Of a stretch of 60,768 nucleotides of DNA, positions 19,206 to 28,326 are shown piece after piece. A model generated the notes under the pieces. It was not told the origin of the DNA and made no database searches. It saw only the letters and a list, made by a program, of their open reading frames with translations. Each line of letters starts with the position of its first letter. Position 1 is the first letter of the stretch. The DNA is from Nitrospira sp. (GTDB lineage Bacteria; Nitrospirota; Nitrospiria; Nitrospirales; Nitrospiraceae), in the NCBI GenBank assembly GCA_024330945.1, contig JANDJJ010000001.1:1-60768 (forward strand), read 5' to 3'. The translations under genes were made by a program, and so were the position numbers.

Positions 19206-21122
19206 TCAATGGCTTCCAGCCGGCTGGGGAATAGCTCCAGGAACCCCAACTTTTGATTCAACCGGAGCTTTCTTTGCCGTCAAACTGCCAAGCCAGAAGA
19301 CAAAGAGAATACTGATCCAGAAAAACAGAACGTTGGCCGAAATCACATTGGCGGCAAACCCTACCGTATGAGTATAGGCCCACGGAGAGTTATCCCGCAT
19401 AATTTCATTGACGTGCCAAAACAGACGAACAGACGAACGAATATATCCCATCAACCCCATCATCCAAGTAAAGGCGGTCGCGAGCATGATTAGCGCGTAC
19501 TGAGAACGGGCTGAAATTTTTCCCCATTCAATTGGGCCCATCTGCTTGGCCCCCTTCATCATCATACTGTTAAGGGTAAACATGAAAAAGAGGCACGAAA
19601 GAGTCGTTGCAACTTGAGGTACAGACAAGCCGACACGCACGTTCGCGGGAATGTAATAGCCATAAATCGCAAGGAATATGATGTTTATATAGGCACAAGC
19701 AAAAAACACTCCCATAAAGATATTGCCGAACCTTGCCCATGATACAGTCGAAACCTTATTCCCTCTCATGTACCAGACAAAGCTCAGCACTGTGGTTGTA
19801 ATGATAACGTTGATACCACCATTTTTTGCCGACATAACCCCATAATTACCCAAAACCGGATGCTGCTGCCCTCCCATCGCTTTCAATTCAGCAGGCGTCA
19901 TCACCATGGTATGAGGAGTAATAAAGACCATGAATCCGCAGGCCAACAAAAAGACCAGATACTTGATATACCGCTGATACTTCTCGGCACCTCGCATGCG
20001 GCCCATCGCTTGCCACAAATAGTAATTGGTGCTTAGAAACAAGATCCCGATCATCGTAGCCTGGATAATAAACAGCCACGCCAGGAGCCCCCCCATGAGC
20101 GTAATCCCCATTTGCTGCCTGTAGGCATACACTTCTCTCATCAGCCAATAGCCGGCAAATGGAAGAGGAATGAGAAACGCCACTCCGAGCGCCATCGCGA
20201 TATAACCCATCCAATCATAATGAGCGCGCTCTTCATCCGTTTTTGCAGCCAGGAACTTATAGGCTGCATAGGCAGCCACCACACCCCCCCCGAACGCCAT
20301 ATTGCCAAGAATACGATGGAGGTTCAGCGGATTCCACAAAGCGGTATGAATGACGTGCCAGATATTCCCCAGATAGCGGCCCTGCTCATCGACGCCAGCA
20401 GGCGACATCATGAACCCGATCCACGAATTTGCCAAAAACATGAGCAGCGTGCCGATCACATTCAGAATGACGGACATACTCAAATGGATCCACTTCAGGA
20501 ACCCCTCTTTCATTTTGTCCCAACCATAATAGTAAATGTAGAGGGTTCCGCTCTCCGCAACGAACATCAAGGCATAGATATGCATCACCGGACGGAAAAT
20601 ACTTGATAAGTACGAGAAAAAAGTCGGATATAGCGTCAGAAAGGTAAAAATAAGAATTCCACCCAGGATGGCCGTCAACGAATAGGCGGTCAGACTGATC
20701 TTAATAAAGTCATATGCTAACTGATCATATCGTTTAGCGAGCGCCTTGTCCTTCGTGACCACCCCCATAAATTCAATGATCATGCAAAAAATCGGGACGG
20801 CGAGAACAAAACTTCCATAGTAAAGATGCTGCTGGTTGGCAAACCAGAGCAAGACCCGGCTTTCAAAGTTGTATCGCGGATAATCGGCAGGGCCATCCGT
20901 TGTCTTAGGAGCAGGAGCACCGACTACAATGCCTTCGGTCTTGTAGTAGACATCCCTCGCCTTTTCAACTTTTTCACCTTCCTTCTGCGCCCCCTCGGCA
21001 ACTGGAACCTCTTCACCTGTAGCCGGCGATGGAAGCGCCATAACGATCGGAAGCAGAAGAGCAACAACCATCGCGCCAAGCGCAATGATCGACAATAACT
21101 TCTTCCGGGTTACGACACCCAT
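19206..21122 (-). CDS. Cytochrome bd-like oxidase subunit (CydA-like), paralog 1
   Basis: QQHLYYGSFVLAVP, AESGTLYIYYYGW, ANSWIGFMMSP, WNPLNLHR, MGYIRSSVRLFWHV (equivalent of GRQPW); polytopic. Confidence 0.88.
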   Translation of the reverse strand: MGVVTRKKLLSIIALGAMVVALLLPIVMALPSPATGEEVPVAEGAQKEGEKVEKARDVYYKTEGIVVGAPAPKTTDGPADYPRYNFESRVLLWFANQQHLYYGSFVLAVPIFCMIIEFMGVVTKDKALAKRYDQLAYDFIKISLTAYSLTAILGGILIFTFLTLYPTFFSYLSSIFRPVMHIYALMFVAESGTLYIYYYGWDKMKEGFLKWIHLSMSVILNVIGTLLMFLANSWIGFMMSPAGVDEQGRYLGNIWHVIHTALWNPLNLHRILGNMAFGGGVVAAYAAYKFLAAKTDEERAHYDWMGYIAMALGVAFLIPLPFAGYWLMREVYAYRQQMGITLMGGLLAWLFIIQATMIGILFLSTNYYLWQAMGRMRGAEKYQRYIKYLVFLLACGFMVFITPHTMVMTPAELKAMGGQQHPVLGNYGVMSAKNGGINVIITTTVLSFVWYMRGNKVSTVSWARFGNIFMGVFFACAYINIIFLAIYGYYIPANVRVGLSVPQVATTLSCLFFMFTLNSMMMKGAKQMGPIEWGKISARSQYALIMLATAFTWMMGLMGYIRSSVRLFWHVNEIMRDNSPWAYTHTVGFAANVISANVLFFWISILFVFWLGSLTAKKAPVESKVGVPGAIPQPAGSH

Positions 21123-21200
21123 GAAAATACCTCCTTAAAGCAGGACAATTACTTCTCGGTCTCGTTTTTCACTGCATATTTGCATTCAGATCAATTCGGT

Positions 21201-21332
21201 CTATTGGCGGAAGAGATACCAAAAATCCAACCCTTGCATCCCCATCAAGTAGTGATCGACCAACGTAAAGTACCCCACCGCGATGATCAGCGACACGATT
21301 ACCGCAATGACCGGATTGTTCAGCGCGCTCAT
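21201..21332 (-). CDS. 43-aa single-TM microprotein
   Basis: Hand translation MSALNNPVIAVIVSLIIAVGYFTLVDHYLMGMQGLDFWYLFRQ*; SD AGAGGAG; below the ORF-track cutoff. Confidence 0.75.
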   Translation of the reverse strand: MSALNNPVIAVIVSLIIAVGYFTLVDHYLMGMQGLDFWYLFRQ

Positions 21333-21413
21333 ACCTTTTTTCTCCTCTTTGCTTCTCCACCGGTTTTACCAAAACCTCGCCAGGCCCGCGACTTCGTCCG
21401 ATACTCCTAACTT

Positions 21414-21539
21414 TTAGCAGGGACACTGAATGCCCGCGAACCAGTAAAAAAACCACAGCCCAACTGCACAGGTAATATAAAAAATCATTTTGCCGATTTT
21501 GATTTTAACATCGCTATCCTGCTGTGATACCTCTGCCAT
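21414..21539 (-). CDS. 41-aa single-TM microprotein ending in CPC
   Basis: MAEVSQQDSDVKIKIGKMIFYITCAVGLWFFYWFAGIQCPC*; SD AAGGAG. Confidence 0.75.
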   Translation of the reverse strand: MAEVSQQDSDVKIKIGKMIFYITCAVGLWFFYWFAGIQCPC

Positions 21540-21549
21540 CTATAGCTCC

Positions 21550-21563
21550 TTGTTCCTGATCAA
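21550..21563. promoter_or_regulatory. FNR/CRP-family-like box
   Basis: TTGTT-CCTG-ATCAA, one mismatch to TTGAT-N4-ATCAA, next to the SD of the first gene of the oxidase operon. Confidence 0.3.
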
Positions 21564-21668
21564 AAGGAATGAATGACCGGCCTTGTGTTTCTTGACAGAG
21601 AGGTGACCCTGTGTTAATCAACTCCTCGCAAACACGGTATGGATTTTTGAATTTGCAAGGAAAAAATC

Positions 21669-21773
21669 ATGTCGAAAAACGCAAAAGTGTTTGACATTAT
21701 AGTTTTGGCCGGAATGGTTGTCAATATCATTTTGGCCGTGTTTTTGATCTTGTATTACTTCGACTTTCTCTAA
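21669..21773 (+). CDS. 34-aa single-TM microprotein
   Basis: MSKNAKVFDIIVLAGMVVNIILAVFLILYYFDFL*; SD AAGGA; fills the gap up to the FGE gene stop at 21775. Confidence 0.65.
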   Translation: MSKNAKVFDIIVLAGMVVNIILAVFLILYYFDFL

Positions 21774-21774
21774 A

Positions 21775-22671
21775 TCAGGTTTTTTCACTGCCCCGCTCAT
21801 TTTCTGAAATTTCTGACGTTGCACAGCGAAATCCTATGGTCTCATCACGAAAATCAGGCATCATTTTGCTTCGACTCGTAATGCGGATATCGGCTCCGGT
21901 GGTCGTGTACCCTCCCCCTCGAAGCACCCGATAGGTTCCATACTCCGGTCCTAGAGGGTCCTTGTCAGGCGAATCTCTATAATATGTCTCCTGGTACCAA
22001 TCGGCGACCCATTCCATCACATTGCCCGCTCCATCCATGACTCCATAAGGACTCTGGTCCGTTTTGAAACTGCCTACGGGAGCAGATACGTCGTATCCGT
22101 CCTGCACTCGAGCCCAGTTTGCGCCATTGGCCAATTCATTGTTCCCCCAGGGCCAGAGCCTCCCATCACTGCCGCGCATGGCCTTTTCCCACTCCGCCTC
22201 CGTCGGAAGGCGCTTCCCCTTCCATCGGCAATACGCGTCTGCATCCTCCCAAGAGACGTACACCACCGGTTGATTGGGCCCTTTCATTTTTCCGCCGCTC
22301 TTGGCATACCGTGCCGGCAAACCCGGCTTCCGATGTCCGGTCGCCAGAACGAATTGTTGATACTGCGCGTTGGTCACTTCGTAGCGATCGATGAAAAACT
22401 CCTCCACATAGACCGTTCGTTGTGGTTGCTCGTCAAACCCTCCGCTCTCGGTCCCACGAATAAACGGTCCCGCTGGAATCCTCACCATCTCTTCTTCGAT
22501 CGGCTCTTCCTTGGAGACGTTGTCGGCCTCCGGTTCAACTATTGCGGTCGCTTCTCCGACCGGCTCTTCGTAAGGCGTCAACGTCGTCCCCTTCATAATA
22601 CCTGCTATAGGAAGAGCGGCGCAGACCAACACGACGATCAAAAAAACAACTTTGAATTTGGTCTCGAGCAT
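21775..22671 (-). CDS. FGE/SUMF1-fold protein (NirV/PvdO-like), membrane-anchored
   Basis: IPAGPF, IDRYEVTN, PVVYVSW, RLPTEAEWEKA, GNVMEW, RGG, IGFRC. Start ATG 22671. Confidence 0.88.
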   Translation of the reverse strand: MLETKFKVVFLIVVLVCAALPIAGIMKGTTLTPYEEPVGEATAIVEPEADNVSKEEPIEEEMVRIPAGPFIRGTESGGFDEQPQRTVYVEEFFIDRYEVTNAQYQQFVLATGHRKPGLPARYAKSGGKMKGPNQPVVYVSWEDADAYCRWKGKRLPTEAEWEKAMRGSDGRLWPWGNNELANGANWARVQDGYDVSAPVGSFKTDQSPYGVMDGAGNVMEWVADWYQETYYRDSPDKDPLGPEYGTYRVLRGGGYTTTGADIRITSRSKMMPDFRDETIGFRCATSEISENERGSEKT

Positions 22672-22678
22672 GCCCGCC

Positions 22679-23599
22679 TCACGGAGCGGAAGCTGATCCG
22701 CTTTCCTGATCAAGATCCGCCGCGCAACGGATCCCGATCGTGATGTCCGCACGCCAGTGCTTTGCCGCAAATCGCTTGGAGAGTCTCGCGTTATGCGTCG
22801 TTTCTCGCCACGATCCACCGCGGACCACTTTGAGGTCGCCGTCTTCCGGTCCCTTGGGGTCGCGGTACGGCGACTTCTTGTAATAGTTCTCGTCGTACGA
22901 GTCGGCCACCCATTCCGCGACGTTGCCGGTCATATCATACAGCCCGTACGGACTCCGCCCCGACTCAAACGAGCCGGGAGGGGCAAGATATTTATACCCG
23001 TCTTCGCTCCCGTCCAAATTAGCATGCTCCGGAGCAAACTTATCGCCCCATGCATACTTTCTTCTCCCCTCACCTCGGCCTGCCTTTTCCCATTCCGCCT
23101 CCGTAGGAAGACGCTTGCCGGCCCACTTGCAATAGGCAGCCGCATCGCTCCAAGAGACGCTCATGGCAGCGAACTCGGGTTGAAGCAGCTTGGATTGGTC
23201 GTCCTCAAACACTTCGATTCTCGGCATCGGGCGCTTCGTCATTTTGGCGAATCGCATATATTCCGCCTGCGTCACTTCCTTCAAATCAATATAAAACCCC
23301 TTTAAGAACACTTGATGTTCAGGGGCTTCATCCGGATCACCGTCGTTACTCCCCATGGTGAACGGCCCTTCAGGAATCTGCACCATTTCACGCCCCTCAT
23401 CGCCGATTTTCGTTTTGTACATCGAATAGTCCTGAAGCACCGCTTTCGGCGCCACGGACTGAGTTTCGGACGTCACGGATTTTGCCAGTTCTTTGATTTT
23501 GCTCGCCTTGTACGACTCATAGACCAGCATGCCGATCAGTCCAAAAAACGACGCAAAGACAAAAATAATCGATCCGTACAACACGCCTCTATTTTCCAC
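22679..23599 (-). CDS. FGE/SUMF1-fold protein, membrane-anchored
   Basis: IPEGPFTMG, RLPTEAEWEKA, DMTGNVAEW, RGGSW, IGIRC. GTG start 23599 with SD; N-terminal TM. Confidence 0.88.
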   Translation of the reverse strand: MENRGVLYGSIIFVFASFFGLIGMLVYESYKASKIKELAKSVTSETQSVAPKAVLQDYSMYKTKIGDEGREMVQIPEGPFTMGSNDGDPDEAPEHQVFLKGFYIDLKEVTQAEYMRFAKMTKRPMPRIEVFEDDQSKLLQPEFAAMSVSWSDAAAYCKWAGKRLPTEAEWEKAGRGEGRRKYAWGDKFAPEHANLDGSEDGYKYLAPPGSFESGRSPYGLYDMTGNVAEWVADSYDENYYKKSPYRDPKGPEDGDLKVVRGGSWRETTHNARLSKRFAAKHWRADITIGIRCAADLDQESGSASAP

Positions 23600-23616
23600 G
23601 CCATCTCCCTCACCGT

Positions 23617-24015
23617 TTACGGTTGCGGCGCCGACGGCTCGGTGCGATCCGAGGAGGCCTTCCGGGCCGCACGAAAATCCAGCAGCATCGACACTTGGAC
23701 ACCGAGGAATCCGCCCATCGCGGCGCCCGCGCCCGCGCCCACCCAAATCCTCTCAACATCCGCTACCAACCACGCCAGCATTCCTCCCAGTAGCGTTCCC
23801 GTCATGATGCTCACAAGAAACCGGCGTCCGCCCAAAAACCCGACGACACCGCCCAGCAACAGCCCTATCACAACGGCAACGGGAACTACTTCTCTTCCCA
23901 TGACCATTCCAATCAGGGTCCCCACGGTTCCCATCACCGCCATTCCCAGCACAATGTCCAGCATCTGCCCTCCGGACATTTCACGAACGCGTCGGCTCAA
24001 AGATTTCGCGATCAT
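23617..24015 (-). CDS. Small Gly-rich membrane protein (about 4 TM)
   Basis: Repeated GxxxG helices; ATGA overlap with the DUF3047 gene. Confidence 0.75.
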   Translation of the reverse strand: MIAKSLSRRVREMSGGQMLDIVLGMAVMGTVGTLIGMVMGREVVPVAVVIGLLLGGVVGFLGGRRFLVSIMTGTLLGGMLAWLVADVERIWVGAGAGAAMGGFLGVQVSMLLDFRAARKASSDRTEPSAPQP

Positions 24016-24674
24016 CGTTCACCCTTCGCTGGAAGCGCCATCAGCGGACCGATATCAATCTCAACACCGGGTCCCGCCACAATCGAGATACCCCATGCCT
24101 TTGCCGCAGGTTCATGCCCATGAATCTTCTTGAAATCTTCGTACACGTTCACGCGCTCCTCGAACCACTGTCCCAGCGTCGCGGTCCCGCTTCGGACCAC
24201 GAGTTCGGACCCGCTGAACATTCCTCCTTCGGTGAGCGTCCCTTCAGGCTTGGAAGGGCTCCAGACGTATTTCGTGAAGACCGGAATAAACAGAAGATCG
24301 GTATCAAGCGAAGCATAGACGGCGGCGAGCGGTTCGGTTCCCGACGGCGCCTTCAATAACCGCCATCGCCAAGTCAAGACCGGATAGGCTTTGGGGTCCC
24401 AATCGATCTTCTTTTTTTTGATCCGTTGCCCCGCATCCTTCGCCGACAAAAAGACGTTGCCGTTCTCCGATTGAACTTTGTAGGCCTCGCGACCTTTTGA
24501 TTTGCTTCGTTGGCTTTCGTGTTCCCAATGCGAAGGAAACCCGTCGGCATCTTTCGCTTTGAAATCCTCCAGGATCAAGACTTGGCCTTCCGCCAGGCCG
24601 AAACCGGGCCAGGAGGCCAATCCGATCGCTACAAGAGCGATGACCATGGTTTGAATCGGCACGTTCCATCGCAT
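24012..24674 (-). CDS. DUF3047-like exported protein
   Basis: Signal peptide; [36 protein letters not shown]. Confidence 0.75.
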   Translation of the reverse strand: MRWNVPIQTMVIALVAIGLASWPGFGLAEGQVLILEDFKAKDADGFPSHWEHESQRSKSKGREAYKVQSENGNVFLSAKDAGQRIKKKKIDWDPKAYPVLTWRWRLLKAPSGTEPLAAVYASLDTDLLFIPVFTKYVWSPSKPEGTLTEGGMFSGSELVVRSGTATLGQWFEERVNVYEDFKKIHGHEPAAKAWGISIVAGPGVEIDIGPLMALPAKGER

Positions 24675-24696
24675 CGGCTTACCCCTCTCCGTCTCT

Positions 24697-26577
24697 TTAG
24701 GCTTCAGGTGAAGAGACCGGCGACAAAAGCGGCGCGTTCGTATTATGACGCTCTTCGCCCATCACCGATCGCCGACCCCATTGACACATCCAAAAAAGAA
24801 CCAGCACCGCTCCCCAAAAGACCACCATGTTCAACGTCACCATTTTCGCGGCGAACGCCAGGTCCGGAGTGAACGCCCAGGGCGACACGTCGGCCATCAC
24901 TTCGCTCACATGCCACGCCAACCGTCCGGATGAGCGAATATAGCCCATCAGCCCCATCACCCAACTGAAGGCCGCCGCCATTGCAAACAGGACGACCATG
25001 CCCCGCGCCGGAATCTTTCCCCATTGAATCGGCCCATGAACGATCGACCGCTTCAGCATGGCGCGATTGATCAACAGCCCGACGACGATGACCGTAAAAG
25101 TCGTGAAGGCTTGCGGCGCCGACAATCCCACTCGAACGTTCGCCGGCAAGTAGAATCCGTAAATCGACAGCCCCACGACGTTCACGAGACCGACCGCGAA
25201 CAGCACCGCAATCACCACGTTACCCGTCGTGACCCACGGCACCGTCATGGTCCGATTCGCCCGTCGCATGTACAAGAAACTGAGGGCGGTGCAGAGCAGA
25301 ATGACGTTGATGGCTCCGTTCTTGGACGACATGACTCCATAGTTTCCGATGACCGGATGCTGCGCGCCGCCCATCGCCTTCACCTCTCCCGCCGACACAA
25401 GCAGCGTGTGCGGAGTCAGCCAAATGAACAACGCCAGCAGAAGACCGCCGAACACCAATTGATAATAGGGTTGATACCGCTCCGCCCCCTTCAGCCGCGC
25501 CATGCCTTGCCAGATGTAATAATTGATGCCCAGAAAGAGCGCCCCGATCAGCAACGCCTGCACGACAAACATCCACGTCAGCAGCCCCCCCATCATGGTC
25601 ACGCCCATGGTCTGCCGAAACGCGAAGACCGACCGCATCAGCCAATACCCGGCGATCGGCATGGGCACCAACGCACACACCGTCACGAAGAGAAAGACAT
25701 ACCCCACCCAATCGAAATAGGCCCGTTCCTCGGTCGTCTTGGCGGTAAAGAACCGGAAGCACGCGTACGCCAACACGACCGCCCCGCCGGACATGATGTC
25801 GGCCAGAAACCGATGCACGTTGAGCGGATTCCAGAGGACGGAATGCAGCAGATGCCACCCGTTCCCGAGAAACCGGCCTTGAGCGTCCACGCCGGCCGGC
25901 GCCATCATGAACGCCGACCAGGCATTCGCCAGCAGCAACAGAGCGGTCCCCACGATGTTCGTCGCCACCCCGATAGCCGCATGCACCCATTTCATGCCCC
26001 GCTCGGTCATCCGGTCCCAACTATAGTAATAAATGATCAGGAGCAAAGACTCGACCACGAAGACGGCGGCATAAGCCGGCATAAACGATTTGAAGGTTCC
26101 GCCCATGTAGGTCATAAAGCTCGGATACAGCCCGATAAACATCGCGAGCATCAGACTTCCAATGACGGCGGTCACGGAGAGGGCCAACACCGCCACCTTC
26201 GCCAGATCCCTCGCCAACCCGTCATATCTGAGCGACAGCGCCGGCTTGGAGGTCATCAATCCCAGAAATTCCAGCAAGGCGCAAAAGAGCGGCAACGCCA
26301 GCACGAATCCGCCGAAATACGTGTGCTGCTGAGTCACAAACCACACCAGCGCCCGGCTGTCGAACGAGCCGATCTGCGGGTACGCCGTTTCATGAGGCGC
26401 GGGCGCGGCGGGACCTTGCGGCACGCCGGGTGTATTGAAATAGACGTCCAGCGCCCCCTCAGCCAGGGAAGCCCCTTCCATGCCGACGAACCCCAGCAAA
26501 GCGACCAGTGTCGCAACGACTCCTATCAGCTTGAACGCCACCCGTTTCTCTCGTCGCAAACGATCCCGAACGACCAT
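24697..26577 (-). CDS. Cytochrome bd-like oxidase subunit (CydA-like), paralog 2
   Basis: Collinear with paralog 1: QQHTYFGGFVLALP, WNPLNVHR, TPHT, QHPVIGNYGVM, MGYIRSSGRLAWHV. Confidence 0.88.
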   Translation of the reverse strand: MVVRDRLRREKRVAFKLIGVVATLVALLGFVGMEGASLAEGALDVYFNTPGVPQGPAAPAPHETAYPQIGSFDSRALVWFVTQQHTYFGGFVLALPLFCALLEFLGLMTSKPALSLRYDGLARDLAKVAVLALSVTAVIGSLMLAMFIGLYPSFMTYMGGTFKSFMPAYAAVFVVESLLLIIYYYSWDRMTERGMKWVHAAIGVATNIVGTALLLLANAWSAFMMAPAGVDAQGRFLGNGWHLLHSVLWNPLNVHRFLADIMSGGAVVLAYACFRFFTAKTTEERAYFDWVGYVFLFVTVCALVPMPIAGYWLMRSVFAFRQTMGVTMMGGLLTWMFVVQALLIGALFLGINYYIWQGMARLKGAERYQPYYQLVFGGLLLALFIWLTPHTLLVSAGEVKAMGGAQHPVIGNYGVMSSKNGAINVILLCTALSFLYMRRANRTMTVPWVTTGNVVIAVLFAVGLVNVVGLSIYGFYLPANVRVGLSAPQAFTTFTVIVVGLLINRAMLKRSIVHGPIQWGKIPARGMVVLFAMAAAFSWVMGLMGYIRSSGRLAWHVSEVMADVSPWAFTPDLAFAAKMVTLNMVVFWGAVLVLFWMCQWGRRSVMGEERHNTNAPLLSPVSSPEA

Positions 26578-26578
26578 G

Positions 26579-27631
26579 CTACACCTTTGATCCAGGAACA
26601 GTCGGCATCGGCGTGCTCACATGTTTTGCTTTTCCAAGAATGCCCATCACAAAAGGACACCGAAGCAGGGCTTCATCGATTCTTTGTCCCTGTTGCTCTT
26701 CCACGTGCCGGCGATGTCCCAAATAATATCCGTAGAGCGCCATCATTCCGCCCACGAATCCCCCGCCGGCAACGGAAAAACCGGGAGGCATGATCGGCCA
26801 TTGCAAGACAAACAGACCGACGCCCGTCGCCACCAAATAATACGTGGACGAAAAAGCGAGCCCAGGCCACCACCAATACTTGAAGAGTTCTGAAACGCTC
26901 GTCTCGGCGAAACGCGCCGTCCATGCGGCACGTCCGTTCATACCGCCGAAATAGGCGCACAAGGTGATCGCACCTCCCAGCAACGCGACGGCGACCAATT
27001 GCACGATGATCGCCTGCTGTCCCATAACCACGTGGCCGAGGGACGCGGCCGCCGCGCCGATCACCGATCCGGTTGCCACCCAGGGACCGACCTGAGCCGC
27101 GCGGCTCCTTATCATGTCTCGCAACGGCGCTCCGTCGGGGAACGTGGGAAACGGTCTCCCCATCGCGGCCATGCGGCGCACATGGCCGATCTCAAACGCA
27201 TCCCGTGCCACCGACGTGCAAGCGACCATGATCGCCATCATGGCGGGACCATCCGGATGTTGCAGATAGTCGTAGCCCACCATCCACAACAGCGCCAACG
27301 CCAACAGCGAGAGCTGCGCGCCGTAGACCGCGCCGATCCAGAAAGCCATCCACGCGAGAACACGTCCGCCGTCTTGGCGGGCAATCACCGCCCAGGAAGC
27401 GGATCGCCCGATCCGGTAAGCAACCAGGGCCGTCACCATTGCGATCAGACCGCTCAACAAGAGCAATGTCAGCGGCTCCGCAATCGACACCAGGTGTTTA
27501 GCCGCACGATACACCGCGAAGGCGACCAAGCCCGGTACAAGCATGATCAGCCGTTTCCGTTTTCGGACGGACTCCTCCGTCACAGCCAGGCTCAAGCTGG
27601 GAAGCACCCGCAAGGCCATCCGATGCAACAT
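26579..27631 (-). CDS. Polytopic membrane protein of unknown function
   Basis: About 8 hydrophobic segments; HPDGPAMM, RDAFEIGH, C-terminal LRCPF. Start approximate. Confidence 0.7.
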   Translation of the reverse strand: MLHRMALRVLPSLSLAVTEESVRKRKRLIMLVPGLVAFAVYRAAKHLVSIAEPLTLLLLSGLIAMVTALVAYRIGRSASWAVIARQDGGRVLAWMAFWIGAVYGAQLSLLALALLWMVGYDYLQHPDGPAMMAIMVACTSVARDAFEIGHVRRMAAMGRPFPTFPDGAPLRDMIRSRAAQVGPWVATGSVIGAAAASLGHVVMGQQAIIVQLVAVALLGGAITLCAYFGGMNGRAAWTARFAETSVSELFKYWWWPGLAFSSTYYLVATGVGLFVLQWPIMPPGFSVAGGGFVGGMMALYGYYLGHRRHVEEQQGQRIDEALLRCPFVMGILGKAKHVSTPMPTVPGSKV

Positions 27632-27722
27632 CAACTTCCCCCGGCGAACGTGACGCGTGGGGAGAGAAGCGGACCATGAGTCGCACGTTGGGTCGCCCGT
27701 TTCCGCGCGACGTCTCCGTTTC

Positions 27723-28217
27723 CTACGTCCGCTGAGCTCCCATTCCAAAATACTTCGCTTTGACCTCTTCCATCAGCGACACGGTCACGACAGTCATCCC
27801 TCGCTCGACCGCCGTTCGCTCCAGCTCGATCTTCGCCATAGTTCGCACGGCGGCCGGCACTTTTTCCAATCGCCGTTCCGCTTCCGGCTCCCACTCGATC
27901 CGTTCTTCAGACGACGGGTGGAGCAGCCAGTCATAAGTAACAACCCTTGTTTCTCGGCCTCTGGCCCGCTCTTCTGCTTCCTGCCGAACGAGTGCCGCCA
28001 GGTACGGCGGCATTCGGTCCAACCGATGCAGCGCCTCGTCCGTCCACATCAATCGATCGACCAATCCGCCGATTTGACCTGCCGGCACGTCAACGCCCAC
28101 CTTCAGTCCGCACCCACGACATTCGGACCGAATAAACCACTGGGCCGCTCCGTCTTCGCAAGCCCGTTCCTCGATCCCCTCCGTGTGCATCCACCGCCCG
28201 CAGCCGCAGGTCAACAT
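27723..28217 (-). CDS. Zn-ribbon + tandem PCP_red-like domain protein
   Basis: CGCG...CRGCG; two repeats WTDEALHRLDRMP and WEPEAERRLEKVP resembling the protochlorophyllide-reductase-B C-terminal domain. Confidence 0.78.
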   Translation of the reverse strand: MLTCGCGRWMHTEGIEERACEDGAAQWFIRSECRGCGLKVGVDVPAGQIGGLVDRLMWTDEALHRLDRMPPYLAALVRQEAEERARGRETRVVTYDWLLHPSSEERIEWEPEAERRLEKVPAAVRTMAKIELERTAVERGMTVVTVSLMEEVKAKYFGMGAQRT

Positions 28218-28326
28218 CGTCCGGTATCCGCCCGTTGCTCCAGAAGCAACGACCGCAAGACTCGACTCGCGACCGCCCCCCTAACTCGCTCAACGGCCAT
28301 GCGTCGTCGCTTCGCCGCAATGCTCC

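Noticed and set aside
21775-23599. FGE-fold (C-type-lectin-like) genes as diversity-generating retroelement targets
   Set aside because: No reverse transcriptase and no template-repeat/variable-repeat pair seen in the window.
25024-26793. 589-aa + strand ORF
   Set aside because: Antisense to bd-like paralog 2; the H/Q/R-rich composition is typical of the reverse of a hydrophobic gene.
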